64,000 nt of DNA from an uncultured bacterium (GTDB lineage: Bacteria; Oederibacteriota; Oederibacteriia; Oederibacteriales; Oederibacteriaceae), in assembly GCA_965112635.1 (NCBI GenBank), contig OZ218778.1, positions 1,856,001 through 1,920,000 of the forward strand. Direction: 5' to 3'. Positions 48,801 through 56,952 of this stretch are shown here, one piece after another (positions within the stretch are counted from its first letter, which is position 1; each line of letters begins with the position of its first letter). A program made the position numbers and the translations under genes. The notes under the pieces were generated by a model, which was not told the DNA's origin, did not search any database, and saw only the letters and a program-made list of their open reading frames with translations.

Positions 48801-49550
48801 GTTGAGGTCGCCAATGGCCATGCCTCCCTGTGTCCCTTCCTCACCAAAGCTCAAAGTCCAATCGGCTTGCGCACCGACGAACTGCTCGTTGTAGTTGGCT
48901 GGAACAGCCAGATCAACATCCGGATCAATGACCGCCTCACCCTTGGAGCCTACAGAGACCTTTAATTGCAGGTCGATGATGCCGTCCCCTTTTTGCTCGT
49001 AGGCCAGCAACCGGTGGTCCATTTTGGCCACATCAGACCAGCTGAAGTACCCAACGGCTTGTTTATAGCCTCCCCGCACAGGGAACGTCAGAGAGGCTCC
49101 CTTCATGACAGGCATGACATAGCGGCTTAGACCGGGATAGTCCTTGGCCGGCCGTTCCAATTCTTCGTGGGCGCGAAAGTCCAGGGCCTCTTTTTTCTCC
49201 GGCAGGGCGTACTCTTTGCCCTCATAAACAACGCGGTCCGTGTCGATCTGATAGTAGAGGTGGAGCGTGGTTGTCTTGTCTTTTTGAGTGGGATTTTTGA
49301 CCCGGATAGTTTGTTTTAACGACCGTTTTTGGGTCGCCGGCGATGCTTTGCCCAGGTCGTAGGTCACTTTGACCCTAAGCGCAGGATCATCACAGACAGC
49401 ACGGAAATCTTTAAATCCCTGTTTCAGGTCCTCTCGTAAACCGTTACTTTCGAACCCTGCCCCGGAAACTAGTTGGCTCATGCCGCCTACTAGGAGGAGG
49501 GTGCCTATGGTCAGGACTATCGTGAAAAAAGTTGTCGACGATTTATGCAA
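45894..49550 (-). CDS. FG-GAP (integrin-alpha-like propeller) surface protein with Thr-rich stalk and triple FlgD-Ig/CTD-like C-terminus
   Basis: Repeated GDLNGDGIPDLVIG-like motifs with G.VY; T-x stalk; WDG..SG.Y modules; VYPNPY..GLYVG..KISIIK. Confidence 0.85.
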   Translation of the reverse strand: MHKSSTTFFTIVLTIGTLLLVGGMSQLVSGAGFESNGLREDLKQGFKDFRAVCDDPALRVKVTYDLGKASPATQKRSLKQTIRVKNPTQKDKTTTLHLYYQIDTDRVVYEGKEYALPEKKEALDFRAHEELERPAKDYPGLSRYVMPVMKGASLTFPVRGGYKQAVGYFSWSDVAKMDHRLLAYEQKGDGIIDLQLKVSVGSKGEAVIDPDVDLAVPANYNEQFVGAQADWTLSFGEEGTQGGMAIGDLNGDGIPDLVIGDGNASYNGGGSGSVYIIYGGLVNFPLTMANQPDLNIFNNFDIRYDGPGGGANLGFALAIGDLNNDNVNDLVMGGGWAVWVKYGPFAGGPGAVVSFANPNNYNVEIVNNYAGAASFAIGDINGDNINDLAIGDIFYNNFAGRFISGSVFTIDGPLPAGPAAILDLNNVNNYDHLYVGAAAEVGMGQQVAIADVGGGAGGNTDGHPDLIMSAPGTSTNGKVNNGAVYVIYGPIGGGPGVMVDMNNINNCNVRFDGAQSANASEEMPYTAAPGDLGDGIALGFLNGNLDLAMGAAGENSQGRNGNGSVYIVYSNDNPTNFPLGNGNDVDLNLVNNFNIRLDGDGAFGAYATDFGDNMAIGQLCFSCTPVPSLAIGAGDAGSGALSNKPNNIWENGVVWVTTGPWTAGKGQIRDIANPAFYTMRYYGVSLGTGGEEVGGGNVLIGDLTGNGTNSLVMGAGLGEELGRPYCGDVYVENVTPCVSNTNTSTATSTYTSTNTGTATPTHTISPTSTATNTPTSTATITVTATITLTSTSTNTATPTATVTTLYSFTFTYTATETGTPTTTPTPLPTSTNTNTFTESATTTTTYTPLPTSTMTNTATITLTSTVTVTSSVTLTSSLTWTPSKTQTQTHTATVTATNTPVMTNLELKVYDEAGEVVKTFSNVLVLGGFSGIQLSSGSGSTIFDPNSGLFDIEIKSAGIIYHVPWDGKSDLGYLVDSGQYVLKADIPGLQGNTVVMPLTVLKSGDLLTVSIYTTSGELVKQLYQSYFVQGQLGSMKLTSNLLQISNQPTGTTTIGINIFSSTGQLMADGLGSLNQARLTWDGTTALGNYVQSGEYLIKIDQTYNHQHDVLVQSVTVLSSNLSGFMDASVYPNPYLSTPDHKVWFKVALQDQSSLTVRIYDVVGELVNTLSLPAAGPGIATLGWDVNNTAAGLYVGIVEADSQVSGQTQKKPLKISIIK

Positions 49551-49615
49551 CAGTATTTCCCGTGAAACTTTTTTGAAGTTACAAGATCAATGGCCGGCCA
49601 AAAAATGTTTCATGC

Positions 49616-52600
49616 TTATCTTATAATGATCACTTTGGTTATTGTTCTGTAGTTCGCAGCAGGGGTGTCCGCCTCCACGGCTGCCAGATACAAACCAGCG
49701 GACATCTTCCCCACATTCCAAGGGATGGCCAGCGTCCCGGACCCCGCAGCGGTGAGGGTCATGATCAAGTTGCCTGCCACATTGTAAATATTGATCCTGA
49801 TGCTGGCTGCCTGATTGATATCCACCTTGAAATAAATGGTCTGCGACCCCATCTCCCGATAGGGATTGGGATACGCTTTGGCGTCAAACCCGGGGTTGGA
49901 GGAGGAGACCAGCACCGTGATGCTCTTGGAATAGGTCACGATCCTGCCATTGTAAACCTGGTCGGCCTTGAGGATGTATTCGCCGTTCTGCACCAGGTTC
50001 CCCAAGCTGTTAGTGCCGTCCCAAAGGATGCGGCCGGGGGCCAGAGTCCCGTTGCTGTCGGAGAGATAAAGGCCGTTATCCCCCAACGCGCCCACTCCAA
50101 CCGTCGTGTTCTGTCCGGGGCCGGTCAGCAATAAGTTATTGGTCAAGGATATGCCTTCCAGCTGGCCCGAAGTGCTATATCCCTGGTAGATCTCCTTCAC
50201 CAGCTCTCCGGAAGTCGTGTAAATGTCCACTTTTAGATGGTTGCCCAAGCTGGTCACTATCACGCTGTTCGTAAAGGTAGTGGCTTTGCCGAACTGCGTC
50301 ACTTGGGATTTCAGGATATAGTCTCCGGGCTGCACCATGGCTCCCAGATCGTTGGTCCCGTCCCAGGGGATTTGCCATTGGCCTTTTTTGGTGGTCAGGA
50401 GGATCTCCAGCGGCACTCCGGAATCCTCCATCAGGGAGCCCGACCCGCCCAGCGTAATGGTGAGGTCGCTCAAATCGCCGAAGATCGGAACCCATCCAAG
50501 GGTCTTGACCACCTCGCCGTTGGTCGCGTAGATCACCAGGTCCACATTGAGCACAGGCGGCGTTATCGTTGGCGTGCAGGAGCTGGTCAGGGTCTTGCTC
50601 GGGGTGACCGTATTGGTCCAGGTCAAAGTCTGGGTGGGCGAAAAGGGAGGAGTGGAGGTGTTGCTGGGCGTAGAAGTGCAGCTGGGCGTGGCAGTATTGC
50701 TGGCGGTCCCGGTATTGGTGAAGGTATAGGAAAAGGTCTTGGTCAAAGTGACGGTATTGGTCAAAGAAGAGGTAATGGTCAAAGAGGGGGTCTGGGTGCT
50801 GGAAGGGGTGTTGGTGATTGAGTAAGTGGGTGTGTAGGTGGTCGTGAGAGTGATGGTCTGGGTATTGCTTTGCGTTATCGTGGCCGAGCCTGTAGGGCTG
50901 GCGGTCAAGGTTGCTGTGACGGTGGACGTGTTGATGAAGGTGAAAGTCGCCGAAGCTGAGGGGCTGACGGTCAAGGTTGCCGTGGGGGTGGGAGTGTTGG
51001 TGGAGGTGTAAGTCGCCGAAGCTGAGGGACTGACGGTCAAAGTTGCTGTGGTCGTAAATGTATTGGTGGCCGTATAGGTTCCGGAGGCGGTAGGGCTGGC
51101 GGTAACCGTGTAGGTATTGGTGGACGTGAAGAGGTTCGTGTAGGTTGCCGTGAGGGATGGGCTGGAGGTCAGGGTAGCTGAACTGGTGGCTGTGTTAGTG
51201 GCCGTGTTGGTGCTGGTGGCAGACGGGCTGACGGTCATCGTGGTCGTGCTGGTGCCTGTAATGGTGGCCGTGCTGGTGTCGGTGGCAGAGGGGCTGACGG
51301 TCATCGTGGCCGTGCTGGTGGCCGTGTTGGTGGCCGTGCGGGTACTGGTGGCAGAGGGGCTGACGGTCATCGTGGCCGTGGCGGTGGCTGTAATGGTGGC
51401 CGTGCTGGTGCTGGTGGCAGAGGGGCTGACGGTCATCGTGGCCGTGGCGGTGGCCGAGTTGGTAGAGGTGCGTGTGCTGGAGGCTGTCGGGCTGACCGTG
51501 GCTGTTGCGCTGGACGTGGAAGTTGAAGTGATGGTGTTGGTAATGGTGGAAGTGCAGGTGCTGCTGCCGGTCGGACTAGCCGTGGCGGTGGTCGTAATCG
51601 TGGGTGTGCATGTTGAAGTGCTGGTAGATGTGGCCGTATCGGTCGCGGTTGAGGTGCTGGTGTTTGTCGGGGCGCAATAAAGAGCCACTTGCGCGTCATT
51701 GGATGTAGTAGCCACTAAACCCGTGCCCTGGAGAGTACCGGTATTGTCGAGAAGGCCGGGACAGGCGGTCGTGGTCACCATAGCGGCAAAACCAAAAGGC
51801 GGAACAGAGGGCAGGTAGTATTTCACCACCACTTCGCAACTATCCACCGCCGAAGCGTCGGCTGGGCCGCTGACCGTGTTGTAGTAGCTGACGCGCAGGT
51901 TGTTCAGGTCAGCCCAGGTCCAGTTCGTATCCGCGGTGGCATCATAATAGCCGTCATCGGTGTTTCCATCAAAAGTTTCGCGCATAATATCAGCGGGAGC
52001 TCCGAGAAAGCCGTTGTTGGTCCCATCCATGGAATAGTTGAAATACAAGGGGTTGACTAATCCGTCGCCACCGTTAACGCCCTGTATTGTGCTGTGGAAC
52101 ATAACTCCGGCGATCACATATTGGTTCTGGTTCACCACGCCGGAGGGGCCGATTTGGAACCATCCCGTGTTGCCTGGAGTGAGGGTCGCAAAATTGCCGT
52201 CAGGGGCCCCTATGGTATTACCGGGGTTGGTCCATCCTGGAGCGTTAATGACAGAGGAAATATACTGGTCAGCGTAGTTGAAGGTCACCGAACCTGAGAG
52301 CGTGAATGTCCAGGAGACCAGGTTGGTCACGGGGTTATAGGTTCCCCCGCCTGTCGCTGAAACAAAGGCCATGCCCGCCGGCACGGTGTCATAGACCGTG
52401 ACCGTGCTGGCATCTTCGTCAAAGGAACCCATGGTGAAGGTGTAATTGACCGTACCGCCGGTAGCGGAAACGGTCACATCAGAGGCTTTGCTCAGGTCAA
52501 TGTCAGAGCCTGGAAAGAAGAAATACTCCCTGTATAAATTCATATCACCGCAGTTATTATTAATAAGCCCCCATGCGCTTGGTCCGTTCCCCAGGTAGGG

Positions 52601-53179
52601 CACATAACTATAGGGAACATTAGGCGGAGCAGGCATTATATAATACATCCACTGTCCTATGCCTGGCGTATCGTCAATAGGTGTGCCCCAGGTTGAATCA
52701 TCAAAACCCGGCATCATCCAATTGGCAGGCGGAACCGCCAGCTGACCGGCGCAGCCGCCGGGTGGATTTGTGCAACCACAACCTCCGGGAACATACAAAA
52801 ATTTTACGTTGGCGTCAGGATTGCTATAAATGACCACTGTGGGGGCGTCTGAATAATGGACAGTCAAGCGAAAAGTCACGGTCTGCGGACCGGAAGTATT
52901 GGGCGGATTGTCAACAGCAATGAGGTTTGTTTGGTTGGGAAGGAAGTCGTGCAAGTCAAGAGTACCGTCCGCGGTGGAATAACTAGTGATTTGGTCAAAG
53001 TTCCAACCAGTTGTCCCGCCATGAATTCCGTTAATGTAAAAATCTGCGTGGTCGTCTCCGGCTATTTCCAGGTCAGCTGAAACAATGTAGGCAATTGTTT
53101 GGCGGGGAACAAACAGTGATAGCAAACATAGAAAAATAATTTTCTTAAAAAATCTTTCTAGTACCTTTTGTTTAAGCAT
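49616..53179 (-). CDS. Surface protein: jelly-roll/lectin-like domain, DUF11-like, 22-aa Thr repeats, triple FlgD-Ig/CTD-like C-terminus
   Basis: Signal; GDDHADFYING, W...FDDSTW; VYDTVPAGMAFVSATGGG; AYPNPY..AGLYLA..KVIIIR. Confidence 0.82.
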   Translation of the reverse strand: MLKQKVLERFFKKIIFLCLLSLFVPRQTIAYIVSADLEIAGDDHADFYINGIHGGTTGWNFDQITSYSTADGTLDLHDFLPNQTNLIAVDNPPNTSGPQTVTFRLTVHYSDAPTVVIYSNPDANVKFLYVPGGCGCTNPPGGCAGQLAVPPANWMMPGFDDSTWGTPIDDTPGIGQWMYYIMPAPPNVPYSYVPYLGNGPSAWGLINNNCGDMNLYREYFFFPGSDIDLSKASDVTVSATGGTVNYTFTMGSFDEDASTVTVYDTVPAGMAFVSATGGGTYNPVTNLVSWTFTLSGSVTFNYADQYISSVINAPGWTNPGNTIGAPDGNFATLTPGNTGWFQIGPSGVVNQNQYVIAGVMFHSTIQGVNGGDGLVNPLYFNYSMDGTNNGFLGAPADIMRETFDGNTDDGYYDATADTNWTWADLNNLRVSYYNTVSGPADASAVDSCEVVVKYYLPSVPPFGFAAMVTTTACPGLLDNTGTLQGTGLVATTSNDAQVALYCAPTNTSTSTATDTATSTSTSTCTPTITTTATASPTGSSTCTSTITNTITSTSTSSATATVSPTASSTRTSTNSATATATMTVSPSATSTSTATITATATATMTVSPSATSTRTATNTATSTATMTVSPSATDTSTATITGTSTTTMTVSPSATSTNTATNTATSSATLTSSPSLTATYTNLFTSTNTYTVTASPTASGTYTATNTFTTTATLTVSPSASATYTSTNTPTPTATLTVSPSASATFTFINTSTVTATLTASPTGSATITQSNTQTITLTTTYTPTYSITNTPSSTQTPSLTITSSLTNTVTLTKTFSYTFTNTGTASNTATPSCTSTPSNTSTPPFSPTQTLTWTNTVTPSKTLTSSCTPTITPPVLNVDLVIYATNGEVVKTLGWVPIFGDLSDLTITLGGSGSLMEDSGVPLEILLTTKKGQWQIPWDGTNDLGAMVQPGDYILKSQVTQFGKATTFTNSVIVTSLGNHLKVDIYTTSGELVKEIYQGYSTSGQLEGISLTNNLLLTGPGQNTTVGVGALGDNGLYLSDSNGTLAPGRILWDGTNSLGNLVQNGEYILKADQVYNGRIVTYSKSITVLVSSSNPGFDAKAYPNPYREMGSQTIYFKVDINQAASIRINIYNVAGNLIMTLTAAGSGTLAIPWNVGKMSAGLYLAAVEADTPAANYRTITKVIIIR
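50895..51494 (-). repeat. Intragenic 66-bp (22-aa) tandem repeat, nine periods
   Basis: The Ser-Pro codons (GGGCT/GGGA on the + strand) recur every 66 bp from 50895 to 51489. Confidence 0.9.
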
Positions 53180-53239
53180 ATTTAATACCTATTGTCTTCT
53201 CACTAAATTTTTATTACAAAATCTCCCTTATATCAGACA

Positions 53240-53268
53240 ATTATAGACATTAAATGTTCCTGTCACAA
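53240..53268 (-). promoter_or_regulatory. Sigma70-type promoter for the minus-strand surface-protein cluster
   Basis: Minus strand TTGTGA-17 bp-TATAAT; ACATT-A-AATGT palindrome in the spacer. Confidence 0.5.
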
Positions 53269-53369
53269 CACGGCGTATCTGATCTAATTTTGAATAATGA
53301 TTGTAATTGAAGTATTTAGGTGTATTCAATGGAGTTACGCCCGAGCCCGGACAGGGAAAGAGGGTTGTC

Positions 53370-54557
53370 TTAATGCCTAAAATGCTGTTCTTTCAAGCTG
53401 GCCCAGCCAACAATCTCGTCGCCGTATTTTTTGCGTAGTTGGTCCATGGCGGCTAAAAGTTTGTTTTTTGGGGCGGATTTTTCCTGGAACAGGTCCATCT
53501 GCCGGAGTTGCTGACTGGGATCCAGGCCGTGGACGGCGACCCCAACCAGCCTTAAAAGCCTATTATTTAATCCTTGCCTGTTATAAATTTCCAAGGCCTT
53601 TTTATAAAAGATCTGGGGATCTGAAGTGGGGCCGGCTAATTTAGCCTGACGAGTGATGGTTTTAAAGTCGGGAAAGCGCAGGGTCAAGGTCAGGGAGCCG
53701 GCGGCCAAGCCTGCTTCCCGGACCCTGCGGGCCACCTGCTCAGAAAGGAGCAGGAAAACTTTTTTGAGGAAATCCGGGTCTCGGGTATCTTTTTCAAAGG
53801 TCAGGCAGTGGCTGATGGACTGGGGGCCGGACTCGCCCCTTTTCTGCCACCAGCCCCCTTCCGCATAACCCTGGGCTGTCCTAATGAGGGAACGGCTGAC
53901 CACTCCAAAATCTTTTTGCAACCGGGGGAGGGGAGTTTTGGCCAGGTCTCCGATGGTCATGATGCCCAGGCGGTTCAAATGGTCTCTCATCTTGGGGCCG
54001 ACCCCTATCAGGTTGTCCACTGGAAGGGGAGCAAAAGCCTTCCTTGCCTCTTGCTCGGTGGCGAACATGGTCAGTCCGCGGGGTTTTTTGAACCCCGAGG
54101 CCATCTTGGCTATCAAGGGGTTTGGTCCCAGGCCCAAGGAACAGGTGAGGTGAAAATTCTGTTCCACAGCCTCCTGTATTTTTTGGGCATGCTCCAGGGG
54201 CGGCCCGAAAATATGGCTGCAGCCGGTCAGGTCCAGATACGCTTCGTCAATGGAGGCCTGGTCCACGACCGGGCTGAAGCGGTTCAAAAATTCAAAGATC
54301 TCACGGGAGACGCGGCTATAGACACCATGGCGGCCTGGCAGAAAGATGGCGTGAGGGCAGAGTTGTTTTGCTTGGGCCGTGGGCATGCCTGAGTGGATGC
54401 CAAAAGGCCTGGCTTCATAGGAGGCCGCCGCCACGACAGAACGGGCTCCGGTTCCCACGATGACGGCCTTGCCTTTGAGCCTGGGATTGTCCCGTTGCTC
54501 CACCGAAGCGAAAAACGCGTCCATATCAAGGCATGCGCAGACTTTATCCATAACCAC
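53370..54557 (-). CDS. dinB: DNA polymerase IV
   Basis: LDMDAFFASVEQ, ASYEAR.FG, ASIDEAYLD, AKMAS..KP.G, RLVGV; clamp motif QMDLF. Confidence 0.96.
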   Translation of the reverse strand: MVMDKVCACLDMDAFFASVEQRDNPRLKGKAVIVGTGARSVVAAASYEARPFGIHSGMPTAQAKQLCPHAIFLPGRHGVYSRVSREIFEFLNRFSPVVDQASIDEAYLDLTGCSHIFGPPLEHAQKIQEAVEQNFHLTCSLGLGPNPLIAKMASGFKKPRGLTMFATEQEARKAFAPLPVDNLIGVGPKMRDHLNRLGIMTIGDLAKTPLPRLQKDFGVVSRSLIRTAQGYAEGGWWQKRGESGPQSISHCLTFEKDTRDPDFLKKVFLLLSEQVARRVREAGLAAGSLTLTLRFPDFKTITRQAKLAGPTSDPQIFYKKALEIYNRQGLNNRLLRLVGVAVHGLDPSQQLRQMDLFQEKSAPKNKLLAAMDQLRKKYGDEIVGWASLKEQHFRH

Positions 54558-54677
54558 TTGCTCTCCAACTTCTGCCCAGTGACAGGCAGAGTTTTCTTGC
54601 CAGCATGAATTAACCCTAGCATGAATGAGGTATAATGTTAAATTGCTTGATTAAAAAATTCTTTCAGGGAGATTTGT

Positions 54678-55664
54678 TTGCTGCATTATATCGTCAAGCG
54701 ATTGCTGTTGAGCATCCCCATTTTGATCGGGATAACCATCATTACTTTCGTGGTCATGCATCTGGCGCCAGGCAGCCCGGTCTCCGTGCAGATCCAGATG
54801 AATGCCAAGGTTTCCGCAGACACTCAGGAGCGGCTCAAGGCGCTCTACGGATTGGATAAACCTCTGGTTGTCCAGTACGGGTTATGGATCAAAAGGCTGG
54901 CCACCGGCGATTTGGGCGAGTCGTTCATAGATATGAGGTCGGTCACCGATAAAATATTAGAAAGACTGCCGGCCACCCTGGAGCTGGAATTGCTCTCTTT
55001 ATTACTGATCTTTCTTGTGGCCGTGCCCTTGGGCGTATTTTCGGCCAGCCACCCTAAGTCTCTCTACGACAAGATTTTTACCCTCGGGTCTTTTGCCGGT
55101 TTTTCTATCCCAACATTTTGGCTGGCCCTGCTGCTCATGCTTTTCTTCGGGGTTTACCTCAACTGGCTGCCAATATCCGGGATGAGGTCGCTCAACGCGG
55201 AATATATGCCTTTTTTACCCAGGCTGACCGACCATCTACAGCACCTGGTCCTGCCTTTATTTGTCTCAGTTTTTGGGGGATTTGCCGCCATCTCCCGTTT
55301 TACCCGCTCCAGCATGCTGGAGGTTCTGCGCCAAGATTATATCCGCACGGCCCGGGCCAAAGGTTTGCCGGAATCCCAGGTCCTTTATAAACACGCTTTA
55401 AGGAACGCGCTCCTGCCGATCATCACCATCGTAGGCTTGTCCATCCCGGGATTAATAAGCGGAGGGTTCATCTTTGAAACCATCTTTGCCTGGCCCGGCA
55501 TGGGCAGATTGGCCTATGACGCCACCATGAGCTATGACTACCCGGTGGTCATGGGGACGGCGACCGTCGCTGCCCTCTTAACCCTTCTGGGAAATTTGCT
55601 GGCCGATGTTCTTTATGCGCTGGCTGATCCCCGCATCAGATACGGAGGGCCGACGAACCCATGA
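54678..55664 (+). CDS. Peptide/nickel ABC transporter permease (OppB/DppB)
   Basis: YIVKRLL, GLDKPL, DYIRTARAKG, HALRNAL, DPRI. Confidence 0.93.
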   Translation: MLHYIVKRLLLSIPILIGITIITFVVMHLAPGSPVSVQIQMNAKVSADTQERLKALYGLDKPLVVQYGLWIKRLATGDLGESFIDMRSVTDKILERLPATLELELLSLLLIFLVAVPLGVFSASHPKSLYDKIFTLGSFAGFSIPTFWLALLLMLFFGVYLNWLPISGMRSLNAEYMPFLPRLTDHLQHLVLPLFVSVFGGFAAISRFTRSSMLEVLRQDYIRTARAKGLPESQVLYKHALRNALLPIITIVGLSIPGLISGGFIFETIFAWPGMGRLAYDATMSYDYPVVMGTATVAALLTLLGNLLADVLYALADPRIRYGGPTNP

Positions 55665-56494
55665 AACGCTCCTGGATGCTGTCTTTAAAAAAACATCATC
55701 TGGCCATGGCTGGACTGGTCCTGATCGTGTGCCTTTACCTGCTGGCCTTGTTGGCCCCTTTATTATCGTCCTACAATCCGGCTGACCAGGATTTGAACCA
55801 CAGGCTGGAGCCGCCCTCCTGGGCGCATCTATGCGGGACCGATGACTTGGGACGGGATGTTTTCAGCAGGATGGTGTGGGGAGCGAGGGTTTCTCTGACC
55901 GTGGGGCTATTGGCCATAGCCATCTCCACGCTCGTGGGGCTGACTGTGGGGACATGCGCGGCTGCGTTCGGAGGATGGGTAGACCAGGTGCTGATGCGGT
56001 TCGTGGATGTGGTCATTTGTTTTCCCACTTTGTTCCTGATCCTCATCCTGATCGTGTTCCTGGGCCCCTCCCTGACCACGGTCATGATCGTCATAGGACT
56101 GACCAGCTGGACGGACATGGCCAGGCTTGTCCGGGCGGAAATTTTGAGCCTCAAGCAGCGGGATTTTGTCATGGCCAGCCGGTCGCTGGGCGCTTCCATG
56201 CCCAGGCTGATGTTCAGGCATTTGCTGCCCAACGCTCTGGCGCCGGTGTTCGTTTCCGTGACTTTCGGGGTAGCCGGGGCCATCCTCATGGAGTCAGGGC
56301 TGAGCTTTCTCGGTCTGGGTGTGCAGCCGCCCACCGCGAGCTGGGGCAATATCCTGACCACGGGCAAAGATTATCTGCAGACTGCCTGGTGGCTGACGGT
56401 TTTCCCTGGACTGGCCATTTATATCACGGTACTTTCATTTAATTTGTTGGGTGACGGTCTTAGGGATATTATTGACCCGAGACTGAAACAATAG
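55661..56494 (+). CDS. Peptide/nickel ABC transporter permease (OppC/DppC)
   Basis: HLCGTDDLGRD, RHLLPN, LSFLGLG, GDGLRD. Confidence 0.93.
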   Translation: MKRSWMLSLKKHHLAMAGLVLIVCLYLLALLAPLLSSYNPADQDLNHRLEPPSWAHLCGTDDLGRDVFSRMVWGARVSLTVGLLAIAISTLVGLTVGTCAAAFGGWVDQVLMRFVDVVICFPTLFLILILIVFLGPSLTTVMIVIGLTSWTDMARLVRAEILSLKQRDFVMASRSLGASMPRLMFRHLLPNALAPVFVSVTFGVAGAILMESGLSFLGLGVQPPTASWGNILTTGKDYLQTAWWLTVFPGLAIYITVLSFNLLGDGLRDIIDPRLKQ

Positions 56495-56502
56495 GAGAGG
56501 GC

Positions 56503-56952
56503 GTGAAGCTGAAAAAGATAAAAGAAACCTGGCGTGAATTCTCGGAAAAGATCAGGACTTTGGAAGAAAAGCCGGAAAAGATAGCCCGGGCCGCGGCTAT
56601 CGGCGCTTTGCTGGGGAGCTCTCCCACCTTCGGTTTCGCGGTCCTTCTTGTCTATCCTGTGGCCAAGTTTTTTAAGCTCAATGTCTGGGTCGCTTACACG
56701 GTCAAGTTCATGGTTTCCAACCCATGGACCACGCCTTTTATCTGGGTGGGTCAATTCTGGCTGGGATTTTGGGCGCTGGGACTGCCTTTTCCCAGTCAAT
56801 TGCCCCATGTCAGTCTTCATGAGCTCAGCTTTGTGTTCTGGGTCTATGTTTTGGGTGCCACTATTTTTGGGGTCCTTGCCGGCCTGACGATATACTGTTC
56901 TGTTTATGTCCTCCTAAAGCTGCAGTCTGCCAAAAAAGGACGGGCCTCTTGA
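56503..56952 (+). CDS. DUF2062-like membrane protein
   Basis: PEKIARAAAIG, SNPWTTPF, hydrophobic helices. Confidence 0.7.
   Translation: MKLKKIKETWREFSEKIRTLEEKPEKIARAAAIGALLGSSPTFGFAVLLVYPVAKFFKLNVWVAYTVKFMVSNPWTTPFIWVGQFWLGFWALGLPFPSQLPHVSLHELSFVFWVYVLGATIFGVLAGLTIYCSVYVLLKLQSAKKGRAS

Noticed and set aside
50895-51494. Regularly spaced repeats as a CRISPR array
   Set aside because: In-frame coding repeats with mutually similar spacers; no cas genes.
51150-51680. Val/Ala-rich 176-aa plus-strand ORF resembling a membrane protein
   Set aside because: Antisense reading of the 66-bp Thr repeats.
41469-53179. Diversity-generating retroelement or invertible cassette acting on the surface proteins
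   Set aside because: No reverse transcriptase, recombinase or adenine-specific TR/VR pair was seen.
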